64,000 nt of DNA from Candidatus Bathyarchaeota archaeon. GTDB taxonomy: Archaea > Thermoproteota > Bathyarchaeia > Bathyarchaeales > Bathycorpusculaceae. Positions 1 through 9,175 of this stretch are shown here, piece after piece. A program made the translations under genes and the position numbers. The notes under the pieces were generated by a model that saw nothing but the letters and a program-made list of their open reading frames with translations, was not told the DNA's origin and did not search any database. The first letter of the stretch is position 1; every line of letters starts with the position of its first letter. The stretch is taken from contig CAVTZU010000013.1 of NCBI GenBank assembly GCA_963739305.1, positions 1-64,000 on the forward strand, given 5' to 3'.

Positions 1-107
1 CTAAGACAGACTTCGCAGAGATAGACCAAGCGACTTGGCTTGCCGTTCGCCAAGATATTCCAGTTCGCGCGCGCTACAAGGGCAACCCGCTTTTGCTTGT
101 TCTTCAT
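1..107 (-). CDS. 5' part of a hypothetical protein running off the left edge (MKNKQKRVALVARANWNILANGKPSRLVYLCEVCL...)
   Basis: ATG at 107 on the minus strand, preceded by GGAGG; frame is open to the window edge. Confidence 0.5.
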   Translation of the reverse strand, partial: MKNKQKRVALVARANWNILANGKPSRLVYLCEVCL

Positions 108-160
108 CGAGTCTTCCTCCTAGTGTTACAGGTACGCGCTAAAACAAGAGTGTAGTTCGG

Positions 161-946
161 TTAGGCTTCATTGCTTGTGCTTGTATTTCGTTTCCTCCGG
201 AACAAGACCGGGACAATCGATACTCCGATGAGCAACGGCAACAACATGATAGGCAAGAATTCGTTAACAATAGAATAGTCTCCCACTCTTGCTACCTCAA
301 GTTGGAAGACATTGGATTCAAAGTTAAGGCTGGAATGCTTGTCTAAGTAAAGCACAATTCCTGACGACTTCTCGAACAGGACATTCGTTATCTCAGTTGG
401 TGTGCTCTGCCCGGAAGCGTTCCAGCATTGATAGGTTGCTCCATTCAGAGTTATGTTTTGTTCGTCGACAACGGCTAGGTTGTAACTTGGGGGATTCTTT
501 GAAGCTACTTGAATGTTGGAGCTTAGTGATGCGTTCGTCGGGAGAAGGAACGGGAAGGCCATCGGCAGATCGCTCGGCGTGATGTAAGGAAAGCCGGTGG
601 TGCTGGTGATTATCATATTGGCAACGTCCACCAACCAGTAGCTGCCATTCGCAGGTGGATTCGAAGATGGTGGATATTGTGGGGCATCATAGAAAGATTG
701 AAACGAGACGCCGAAAACGTCTTGGGATGGGTTGGCGGCGAAGGTGAGATTCCAAACTACGTTTGTATAGTTGATGCTTCCATCTGGTTCAGTTGCGGAA
801 TTGTTGTAGGTGAGGAAGTCACCTACTCTCGGGATCACAAAGGGACGTAGAGACTGCGCGTGTGATACTTGTTGGCCAAAAACCAGAGATAAGCAAACAA
901 TGAGTAATGAAGGCAGGATCAACCTTGAAATTAGTCCTTTCTTCAA
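161..946 (-). CDS. Secreted/surface protein with PEF-CTERM-like C-terminal anchor
   Basis: N-terminal signal peptide, many N-x-S/T sequons, C-terminal VNEF + TM helix + RRKR. Confidence 0.75.
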   Translation of the reverse strand: MKKGLISRLILPSLLIVCLSLVFGQQVSHAQSLRPFVIPRVGDFLTYNNSATEPDGSINYTNVVWNLTFAANPSQDVFGVSFQSFYDAPQYPPSSNPPANGSYWLVDVANMIITSTTGFPYITPSDLPMAFPFLLPTNASLSSNIQVASKNPPSYNLAVVDEQNITLNGATYQCWNASGQSTPTEITNVLFEKSSGIVLYLDKHSSLNFESNVFQLEVARVGDYSIVNEFLPIMLLPLLIGVSIVPVLFRRKRNTSTSNEA

Positions 947-1053
947 AATCCGTCATCTATATTATCTCAGTTCTCCTCAGGATTTTTATAGTTTTGGGTA
1001 AGGCGCGCGCGAAATAGTTAAGAGTTCGAATGCGTTCCGAGTAAACGGAACGA

Positions 1054-1454
1054 TTGTTCACGACTGGCGCAAAGCGTCCACGTTGGGTGAATAGAATTAT
1101 TCCTTTGTTGTATGTGCTCTTGGTTATTGCACCTATCGTAAATTATTTGGGGTATCCCCCAAAGGGAATGGTACTATCAGTGTTGAGATGTTGAACGGAT
1201 TAGTGACAGGGTCGAGCATACTTTTTGGTCTTTGTGTTCTTCCTTAAGGGAGAAAGAAAATGGAGAGCCTGCTTTGGCTTATGATAGTGGATGATCTTTT
1301 GCTGTTGATGTTAACTGGATTCGCTTATTTCAGACTTGCAATTGGAGAAAACGTTGGAGTGCTTGCGTTGGTTCTTACGGCGATGAGTTTCAACGCGAAT
1401 GCGGTTACTGCTCTGTTTCGTCATGGAGTGGTCGGAGAAGAAGTGGGCACGTAG
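1054..1454 (+). pseudogene. Fragmented small membrane protein
   Basis: Three consecutive hydrophobic segments in different frames (RIIPLLYVLLVIAP, MLNGLVTGSSILFGL, MESLLWLMIV...). Confidence 0.3.
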
Positions 1455-1516
1455 AATTGTTGCGTCGGCTTTGCCGTTTTGCTTCATGTCTATTGCGAAG
1501 TTTATTAGGTCTTGGG

Positions 1517-2113
1517 TTATCTGTGGTTTGTATGCAGGTGCAGTGGAAAAGTCGATAGGTGCAACTGAACCTGCCACGACCTCAAGTAGTCCGCTGGGTC
1601 AAATCCGCAAACCTTGATTATCTTGGTGCGTTCGTCCACGTTAACTGTTCGAGTCGGCCCTACAAAGAGCACTCCCGTTTCCTCATCAAGGAGGCTTTCG
1701 TTAATCCTTCTCGAAACGTAATCGTCTCTTTCTCGGACTGAATCCTGGAACATTTCAAGAGACACAATATCCAAAGGATTCTGCCTAGTCATGTCACGCC
1801 ATGACTCCGACTCAGCGACAAGTAGAGGATCTTCCGTTGCCTCGAACACGGCACCGTTCTCAACGAGTTTTTTCACTATCAGAAAGTTTTCATGCTGCAT
1901 AGAAGACAGGATAGCAAGACCTTCTTCTCCGCCTTGACAGATCTCATCTCGGTAGACTCTCTGGATCCTGCCAGCGAAAACCTTGAGCTTGTCCTCAACG
2001 TAACTCCAGAACTCTTGAGTCTTTTGCCCAAAATCCTCAGGGACAACTGACACGAGTCTTTTGACCTCGCTTTCGGTGTACATCCTTGGCACGAGAAGCA
2101 GCATTCTACTCAT
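1517..2113 (-). CDS. Conserved hypothetical protein
   Basis: 198-aa ORF with globular composition; TATA-like TTATAA at 2152-2157 upstream. Confidence 0.7.
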   Translation of the reverse strand: MSRMLLLVPRMYTESEVKRLVSVVPEDFGQKTQEFWSYVEDKLKVFAGRIQRVYRDEICQGGEEGLAILSSMQHENFLIVKKLVENGAVFEATEDPLLVAESESWRDMTRQNPLDIVSLEMFQDSVRERDDYVSRRINESLLDEETGVLFVGPTRTVNVDERTKIIKVCGFDPADYLRSWQVQLHLSTFPLHLHTNHR

Positions 2114-2164
2114 GGATTCATTCCTTTGAAACCGATCTGATATGCGTCAAATTATAAGCATTTC

Positions 2165-3157
2165 ATGGGGCTGCCCGGATTTGAACCGGGGTCTAGAGAG
2201 CCCAAGTCTCCAAGCCTAGACCAAACTAGCCGACAGCCCCTTTCGCAGAGTCTAGAACCCCTTCAGCCTATTAATGATTTTGCACTCATCGTAAAGACCG
2301 TAGCTAAACTTCAGCATTTGAGCAAAGCTAATCAAAAAGCAATCTGGAGCAGACTCACATGCTTGGGCAAACATGTTAATCTTCAGCTTTCTAGTGATGT
2401 TGAACGATTCATTTATTCTATGAACTGTAAGAATGTTTACAAGAACAAGCTCTTTGAGGCGTACGAGCGTTTTTGCTGTGCGAATGGTATCTGTTATAGA
2501 AAGCCGAAGAAGTTGAAGAGCGAAGAGTTTGTTATCAATGTTCCGACTGAGGAAAGAATCGACACGATCATTGCATGCTGCGGATGGGTTTACACGACAG
2601 TCTTCAACCTGAGCAAGCATGGTCTTAGACCTGATGAGATTGCGAAGCTTACGCTCAGAAACATTGACTTAGAAAACGGCAGAATTAATGTTCCAACGAG
2701 TAAGCTTGGCGCTCAACGTACGATTCAGCTTCAGAAATTGTCTGCAGATATTCTTAGGGACTATGTTCATAGAAGACGGATTTACACTCTTGACAAAAGG
2801 CTGTTTGGTTCGGCGGGCAAGATAAAAGAAAATTGGAGAGGATACAGGCGAAGAGCTTACGGGAAGTTTGAGGACGCTGAGCTTTTGAAAATAAGATTGT
2901 ACGATCTGCGCCACTGGTTTGCAACGATGACTTACATTAAGACAAGAGATATTTTCCGTGTCAAGTATGTTCTCGGGCACAGAAGACTCGAAAATACTCT
3001 TATCTACATTCATCTGGCTGAGGGTTTAGCTGACTTTCCGGGAGATTATGTTTGCGCAACTGCAAAAACAGTTGAAGAAGCAGCGAAGCTCATAGAGCAG
3101 GGCTTTGACTTCGTCACTGATGTCGATGGAGTCAAGCTGTTCAGGAAACGAAAATAG
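2165..3157 (+). mobile_element. Tyrosine recombinase/integrase overlapping tRNA-Pro antisense (possibly an intC fragment)
   Basis: Catalytic motifs GLRPDE (R), SKLG (K), YDLRH, LGH, TLIY (Y); N-terminal PGFEPG comes from the tRNA antisense. Confidence 0.9.
2166..2240 (-). tRNA. tRNA-Pro(TGG), no intron, CCA not encoded
   Basis: Cloverleaf GGGGCTG...CAGCCCCA, anticodon loop CT-TGG-GC, T-loop TTCAAAT. Confidence 0.95.
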
Positions 3158-3171
3158 CAAACGCGTGCGCG

Positions 3172-3483
3172 TCAAGATGGTTTGACTAGAACAGTGGCCC
3201 TTAGCTCCGCATACTTCCTTTCAATGTCCTGCTTGAACTCTGCGATCTCCGACGCGAGTTTCGTCTTTGTTTCTGTGTCGAGACTCGCCTTCATGATTCC
3301 CTCATCAACCTTTTCAATATCATGCAAAGTGTTGTGCTTCATTTCTTCAGTCTTCTTCAGAGTCTCCACCTTCTTTTTCTCAAGGTCTACCAATCGACTT
3401 CTGACATCCACTTCTCTCTTGTGAAATTCTTCTCGTGCCTTTGTAAGTTTCTTCTGAAGCTCGAAGATCTCACTCACTTCCAA
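3172..3483 (-). CDS. Coiled-coil hypothetical protein
   Basis: 103 aa, E/K-rich heptads, GGAGG upstream. Confidence 0.7.
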   Translation of the reverse strand: MEVSEIFELQKKLTKAREEFHKREVDVRSRLVDLEKKKVETLKKTEEMKHNTLHDIEKVDEGIMKASLDTETKTKLASEIAEFKQDIERKYAELRATVLVKPS

Positions 3484-3674
3484 TCATCCTCCAGAATACT
3501 TCTGGGTCATCGTCGAATAAGCTTTTCTTTGGGTCTGCCTTAGGCATAGTATATCCTGTGCTCAAATAGGCGTACGGTGTCATCTTTCTGAGAACTCTTG
3601 TAGCAAGAAGCGCACGCTTGTGGAACATTTCTCGCTTGAAGTCAAAACAGAGTTTGCTTTCGAGATTTTCTAGT

Positions 3675-3890
3675 CTACAGCTGCTTCTCTCTTTCAAGTC
3701 GGGCTAATTTCTTCTTTTTTCGCTTATCTTCTCTATCTTTCTTTTTCTCAGGTTTAGGCTTTTTCAGTTCTTCTCTTGTCTTACCTCTTTTGTAGCCCAC
3801 TATTGCCACCCTCTCATGTGAAAACAGAGAATCTTTATCTTCTTTTCTCATTTGTGTTTGAACTACTAATGCCTGTTGAGAGCCATACAT
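3675..3890 (-). CDS. Small Lys/Arg/Glu-rich hypothetical protein
   Basis: 71-aa low-complexity ORF. Confidence 0.3.
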   Translation of the reverse strand: MYGSQQALVVQTQMRKEDKDSLFSHERVAIVGYKRGKTREELKKPKPEKKKDREDKRKKKKLARLEREKQL

Positions 3891-3983
3891 TTCGATTCAG
3901 GTCAAAACAGGGATTTTCCACTATAGGTATCTATATGGGGTTTTTCGTGTTTTGAAAATGTTATACTCCATCTGATTCTTCAG

Positions 3984-4310
3984 ATGTATCCTCGGTTGAG
4001 AAAGAATTCTGGCGTATACTTTCATAGAAAGATAGATGAGAAGAGAAAAAAGGCAGGATTCACTTGTTCAACCGAAGTGAACGGATTGAATGTTGCAGGC
4101 TGGGTTCTGATTCCACTTCCTTTGGTTGGTCAATACCTGACTTGTCCAAATTGCAACATGCATGTCTCTTCAGTTTCAACCTACTGTAATTTTTGCGGGG
4201 CATTGCTGCGAACCAAACTTGTATTGAAAATCTGCCCTAACTGCCACAACAGAATTTCAGTCTCATCACGTTTTTGCCCAGAATGCGGACACAAGCAAGC
4301 GCAACAATAA
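3984..4310 (+). CDS. Double zinc-ribbon protein (true start probably further downstream)
   Basis: CPNC...CNFCG...CPNC...CPECG motifs. Confidence 0.75.
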   Translation: MYPRLRKNSGVYFHRKIDEKRKKAGFTCSTEVNGLNVAGWVLIPLPLVGQYLTCPNCNMHVSSVSTYCNFCGALLRTKLVLKICPNCHNRISVSSRFCPECGHKQAQQ

Positions 4311-4440
4311 TTTATGTAGTTTTACGTGTTTTGAAAAATGCTCATAGAATGCTGATAACGCCTTAATCTAGGATAGTACCGTCTTAAGAAAATCTACTAA
4401 GTCCATAGATTCAATCTCTGAACCACAATGCAGCGCGCGC

Positions 4441-5022
4441 GTGATGTACAAGGCAAACCTATCTTGGTCGAAGCTGCAAGACTCTTTCAAGAAACTTGAA
4501 GCAAAGAACCTAATCTACATCGAAACTGACGAATCCACTCGTAGAAGAAGAATTCGCCTGACTGAAAGCGGCGTAATCTTCGTCGCAAGACATAAAAGCC
4601 AACTGAAGGACCTCTTAAGCAACATGAAGAAGATAGGCCAGCCCAAGGGCGAGTCTCCATCTCAGCTGATAGACGCGAAGATCAAGGAGTTGGGCGATTG
4701 GCGGGGCGAGACGCTATCTCGGATCCGGGCTCTGATCAAGCAGGCCGACCCAGACGTCGTAGAGGAGTGGAAGTGGGGAGGTGTTCCGGTGTGGTCTCAC
4801 AGCGGGCTGATCTGCACCGGCGAGACGTACAAGAACGTCGTGAAGATGACCTTCTCCAAGGGCGCCTCGCTGAGGGACCCTTCGGGCCTCTTCAACTCCA
4901 GTCTCGAAGGTAACGCAAGGCGCGCCATCGACTTTCACGAGGGTGACAAGGTCGACGGGGAGGCCCTGAAGGCACTCGTTCGCGCAGCGGTGGCGCTGAA
5001 CATCTCCTCTAACCGAGTCTAG
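4441..5022 (+). CDS. Chimeric ORF: truncated winged-helix domain fused to a DUF1801/YdhG-like domain (own ATG at 4624)
   Basis: MYKANLS...RLTESG is a wHTH; IKELGDWRGETL...EEWKW...AIDF is DUF1801-like; GC content steps up at about 4620. Confidence 0.75.
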   Translation: MMYKANLSWSKLQDSFKKLEAKNLIYIETDESTRRRRIRLTESGVIFVARHKSQLKDLLSNMKKIGQPKGESPSQLIDAKIKELGDWRGETLSRIRALIKQADPDVVEEWKWGGVPVWSHSGLICTGETYKNVVKMTFSKGASLRDPSGLFNSSLEGNARRAIDFHEGDKVDGEALKALVRAAVALNISSNRV

Positions 5023-5431
5023 TCGACGGGTCCAACGATCGCTCGGTACTCCTCGCCTGCTACCTCTCTCGAACGCCAGCGGCTGTCCGCACGGCTCTGC
5101 CAAGATACGATCAGGGGATCTCAGAGTTGATAATCATCGTCGGAACGCCCGGCCAAAGCGGAGCCGGAACGGTTGCCCACTCCATCGGGACTCCGCAAAC
5201 ATAGCTGGGATGGCCGCGCGCGCGTTTTGGTTTTCCGGAAAAGTTATAGCTGAACAGCGTAGGATTCTATGTCTTCAAGGTGTGCATCGCTTCTAGGAAG
5301 CTTTCAAACAATGACCCTTCTATAGCGCGCGCTTACTTATTTTGCGCTCCACAGTTTGGACACTTCAGCATAGAACTATCAAGAGAAGAAAAATGGAATC
5401 GCAGTGTTACGGCTCAGTTTTCGAGGGGAAT

Positions 5432-5776
5432 TCATCTGTATTTCTTGGTGCCGCACTGCAAGATCTTGGGGCAGACGAGACAGTCGTCGGGGATAGGGAT
5501 GTCAAAGGAAATTGCGTCCACGAACACTGAGTAGTGAGCGCATTTAGCGGGTGAGTCGAAGACCTTGGCATACTCCATCGCTTTCACATCAACGACTTTG
5601 AGGCCTTCGACCTGAAGGTCTATCTTCGACATGCAGTGCGGACAAGCGTAGAACGTCTTTCTGGGCATCGTGGTCGAGTCTGTGAGGATGGTGGGTCTTT
5701 CAAACGACTTGCCACACCCGTTGTAGGGACATTTTAGCTTTGGCCCACCATGGAGGTGTAATGACGACAAATTCAT
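5432..5776 (-). CDS. Cys-rich zinc-finger protein
   Basis: CPYNGCGKSF, CPHC, C...CLVCPKILQC. Confidence 0.75.
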   Translation of the reverse strand: MNLSSLHLHGGPKLKCPYNGCGKSFERPTILTDSTTMPRKTFYACPHCMSKIDLQVEGLKVVDVKAMEYAKVFDSPAKCAHYSVFVDAISFDIPIPDDCLVCPKILQCGTKKYR

Positions 5777-5870
5777 CCTTCACAGACCCCTGCTATATAT
5801 CGTTAATATTAAGATTTAATAAAGCTTATTGTTGTTATGCACAACAAGAATACACATGACGGACAGTAAG

Positions 5871-5944
5871 AGCCTCGGCCGGGCTTTGAACCCGGGGCCT
5901 GCTGCTTACGAGGCAGCCGCTCTACCGAGCTGAGCTACCGAGGC
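5871..5944 (-). tRNA. tRNA-Thr(CGT)
   Basis: GCCTCGG...CCGAGGCT, anticodon arm GCTGC-CTCGTAA-GCAGC. Confidence 0.95.
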
Positions 5945-6007
5945 ACGCGCGCTTACTAGTGAGAGGAACCCTTATTTTTAAGATGTTCGGAAGTAGCCTT
6001 GGACGGT

Positions 6008-6800
6008 ATGTCCATGGAAAATTCAACTCTAGTAAAGACTATTCTGGAAAGAACCTCCGTCCGACATTTTTACAAAGAACGAGAAATCCCAGAAGACGTC
6101 GTAAAACAGATATTGACCGCTGGAATCCGTGCTCCCTCGGCGGGAAATATCCAGCCCAGAACCTTCATCGTCTTGAAGAATGAGGAGGTGAGAGAAGAAG
6201 TCTATCAGTTGTGTGAAGATCAAGCTTTCATGAAAGAGGCTCCTCTCTGGATCGTAGCCTGCGTTGACCTTCACCGTCACCTAAAGGCCGCAAGCCTAAC
6301 CGGAGTTCAATACGATTACACAGGCTTTCTTCCCTACACGATGAGCGTTCTAGATGCCGCCTTATCTCTGGAAAACATGACGCTTAGCGGCAGAGGCTCT
6401 TGGGTTGGGAAGCGTGATGATTGGGTCGATAATAGAACATCCGGAAGAAGCAAAGAAAATCCTGGAGTTGCCAGAACAGTGCTTTGCTATATGTATCCTC
6501 TGCGTAGGATATCCCAAGAATAAACCCCGCCCAAGAGTGAAATGGGACTACGACGTGATCGTTTGCTATGACAGCTACAAAGACGTTGAAATGGACGACG
6601 TTTCAGCTTATTGGAGAAACTTCATGTTTGGTGACTTGGAGCGAAATGAAAGAAAAATCCCCGTAGAGACCGTGGAAAAAGTCATCAGAGAAAGAAGCTA
6701 TGGGAGAACCTATGCAGATCATTACAAAGAAGACTTCGTGAAAACCACCAACATCAAAATAGCCGAGTTTCTGAGAAAACAGAATATTATGAAGAAATAA
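6008..6800 (+). pseudogene. Nitroreductase family protein, split by one extra base at about 6386
   Basis: RTSVR, APSAGNIQP, then LENMTL|AAEALGLGSVMIG continues in the +1 frame to ...VGYP. Confidence 0.85.
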
Positions 6801-6803
6801 GTC

Positions 6804-7811
6804 TTGACGAGGCGAATCAAACTGAAGAAAGTAAGAGACTTAGGAGAACGCAGAATAATCAAGATCATCCAGCGCCACCTAGACCGGACGCCAAAAATGG
6901 CCGTTCCTTTCGGGGATGATATCTCCGCGTTTGAAGTTGAAACCGGCAAACTCGTTGTCTTGAAGACTGACATGCTAGTGGACAAAACCGACGTCCCCCC
7001 GAGCATGAGCATGTGGCAAACAGCCCGCAAAGCAATCGTCATGAACGTCAGCGACTTTGCTGCCAAAGGGGTCAAGCCTGAGGCAGCTCTTGTTTCTCTT
7101 GGCTTGCCGAAAAACCTTACTCAAAAAGATGTAGAGGATATTGCAGCTGGCTTGAACGCAGGAGCGCGCGAATACGATACTTATATCATCGGTGGAGATA
7201 CTGGTGAGGCTTCTGATCTCGTAATTGCCATTTCACTCTTTGGAATGGCCGAAAGGGAAAAGCTAGCGCTGCGAAGCGGTGCGAGACCGGGGGACTTCGT
7301 TGCGGTGACTGGGTTGTTCGGCAAGCCTGCGGCTGGTTTGAAGATTCTTTCTGAAAACACTAAAGCTCCTGCGGAAATCAAAGAAGCCTTGGTCGACTCA
7401 GTTCTGATGCCTCACGCTCGTCTGAAGGAGGGACTTGCCCTGCAGAAATCCGCAGGAGTCAGTGCTGCAATCGATTCGAGCGACGGTTTAGCATGGAGTC
7501 TCCACGAAATTGTTGCAGCTAGCAAGATCGGCATCACCTTAGACACATTACCGATAGCTGAAGAGTGCAAGAGTTTTGCGAGCATAAATAAGCTCGACTC
7601 AAAGGCTCTAGCACTCTACGGCGGAGAAGAATATGAACTCGTCGTCACGGTGAAGCCTGATCACTGGAAAGATGCTTGCGCGGCTGTCAAAAAGGCCGGT
7701 GGCAGACTTCTCAAGGTTGGAAAAGTGACGTCGGAAAAAGGCGTCATGTTAAAGGTCGGTTCGGGACGGGTTGCTATTTCACCGCGAGGATATGAGCACT
7801 TTAAGTCATGA
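6804..7811 (+). CDS. thiL: Thiamine-monophosphate kinase
   Basis: GDD, KTDML, NVSDFAAKG, IGGDT, DSSDGL, GGEEYEL, GYEHF. Confidence 0.93.
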   Translation: MTRRIKLKKVRDLGERRIIKIIQRHLDRTPKMAVPFGDDISAFEVETGKLVVLKTDMLVDKTDVPPSMSMWQTARKAIVMNVSDFAAKGVKPEAALVSLGLPKNLTQKDVEDIAAGLNAGAREYDTYIIGGDTGEASDLVIAISLFGMAEREKLALRSGARPGDFVAVTGLFGKPAAGLKILSENTKAPAEIKEALVDSVLMPHARLKEGLALQKSAGVSAAIDSSDGLAWSLHEIVAASKIGITLDTLPIAEECKSFASINKLDSKALALYGGEEYELVVTVKPDHWKDACAAVKKAGGRLLKVGKVTSEKGVMLKVGSGRVAISPRGYEHFKS

Positions 7812-8052
7812 GACACTTACTTTTTCAGCGTCTCTTCGATCGTGAAGTGCAAGAAGGCGCGTCAATTCCCCGCGCGCGCCATCATCGCGCAACTCGACTG
7901 AAGAGAATGAAACACCTCAGACGCCGTTATTGGCGACGATCAAGGCTCAACGTTGTGTTTAATGTCTTTCAAAGGAATACTTATATTGGAGCCGTCTCGC
8001 TCTTATTTCTGTCTCGTCTCTGAAACCGAAATTTCGGGCGATGATAGGCCGC

Positions 8053-8364
8053 TTATTTCTTTCTTCTCTTATTTCTTTTTTTGCTCGACTTGACGACTGC
8101 AACAGAGCTTGCCTTGTTGAATCTCCGAATTTCAGCGCCTGGAAAGATCCGTTTGATTTCTTTAACCAGTTGATTCATGTCTACTTGTCCGTACGTCTTG
8201 ATGTCAACAACTTCTCTAGCATGTTCATCGTGACTGACTGCGACTGTGTATCCGGCGCCAACTTCGATCTGCACTGGTTCTACGATGAACGTTTCTTCAG
8301 AGTCAGCATCCGAATTGTCCGTCTCGGAGAGACGTTTGCTCTTCCGTTCGCTCATAAAGACCAC
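8053..8364 (-). CDS. Hypothetical protein with basic C-terminus
   Basis: 103-aa ORF with plausible beta/alpha composition. Confidence 0.6.
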   Translation of the reverse strand: MVFMSERKSKRLSETDNSDADSEETFIVEPVQIEVGAGYTVAVSHDEHAREVVDIKTYGQVDMNQLVKEIKRIFPGAEIRRFNKASSVAVVKSSKKRNKRRKK

Positions 8365-8499
8365 GCTTCAAAATGAAAAGTGCAAATAAAAAGGGTTGTT
8401 AACCTCGAATATTGATTGACGTTCTCTTCGAATAACATTTGCAGGAACAAGAACAAGGAAAAAGAACGTGTTGGAACAGCGTGGACATCAGATGGACTT

Positions 8500-9060
8500 C
8501 TAACGCCCGATTCTTTTGTCCATGATGAAGTTGAGAATCGTTATGCATGAGGCCGCGAGGTACGCCTGTTTTCCCAAACTGACCTTTTCTCCGTATCTCA
8601 ACACAAAACCCTCAACAGTTTTGGGCAGACCAATATGATCCCCCAGAACAAAAATCGGACAATCGTCCAGGCGGACCCTTTCCAGATCTTCGCCTCCTTC
8701 CTCTAAGACGTAGACTTGGTGATCTCTGGCTTTTTCTTTCAGAACAGCCTCAAAACTGACCTTATGCATAGACACACCTGGATGGGTTTCTCCGGATAAG
8801 ACTTTTCGCAGAATGCGTTCCCATGTTCCTTGATCAGTTCGCACGTCATAGAGTGTTCGTCCATCGAATTTCAAATGAAGCGGCGGCGTTGGCGGTCCAC
8901 TGAGCACGGCGTTGAAAACAACATTTCTTCGTAGTCCGTGTGACAGAAACAATGATGCGACGATACACTCATGAACGACGTCAAGGCGTCCTGCGTCGTG
9001 CAAGTTCCTGAATTTCGCATCCGTCTGACCCTTTCGTGAATACAGAATGAATTCTCGCAT
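8500..9060 (-). CDS. trmY: tRNA (pseudouridine54-N1)-methyltransferase (SPOUT)
   Basis: MREFI, AGRLDVV, LFLSHGLR, FVLGDHIG, VSLG...YLA motifs. Confidence 0.9.
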   Translation of the reverse strand: MREFILYSRKGQTDAKFRNLHDAGRLDVVHECIVASLFLSHGLRRNVVFNAVLSGPPTPPLHLKFDGRTLYDVRTDQGTWERILRKVLSGETHPGVSMHKVSFEAVLKEKARDHQVYVLEEGGEDLERVRLDDCPIFVLGDHIGLPKTVEGFVLRYGEKVSLGKQAYLAASCITILNFIMDKRIGR

Positions 9061-9175
9061 CTTTCTGACCAATCGAAGCATGATGTCTATCCAGAAGTTA
9101 TTTGTTGCGCTTACCACGCGCCTGTTGTTACTGCTCAAACAAATGAACTGAGAACACGTTTTTTTCGTAAGAAAG

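Noticed and set aside
5280-5534. Plus-strand ORF containing CAPQFGHF
   Set aside because: Typical antisense shadow of a CPNCG knuckle; overlaps the minus-strand zinc-finger gene
7808-8376. Plus-strand ORFs 7808-8023 and 8041-8376
   Set aside because: Atypical composition; the second is antisense to a more plausible minus-strand gene
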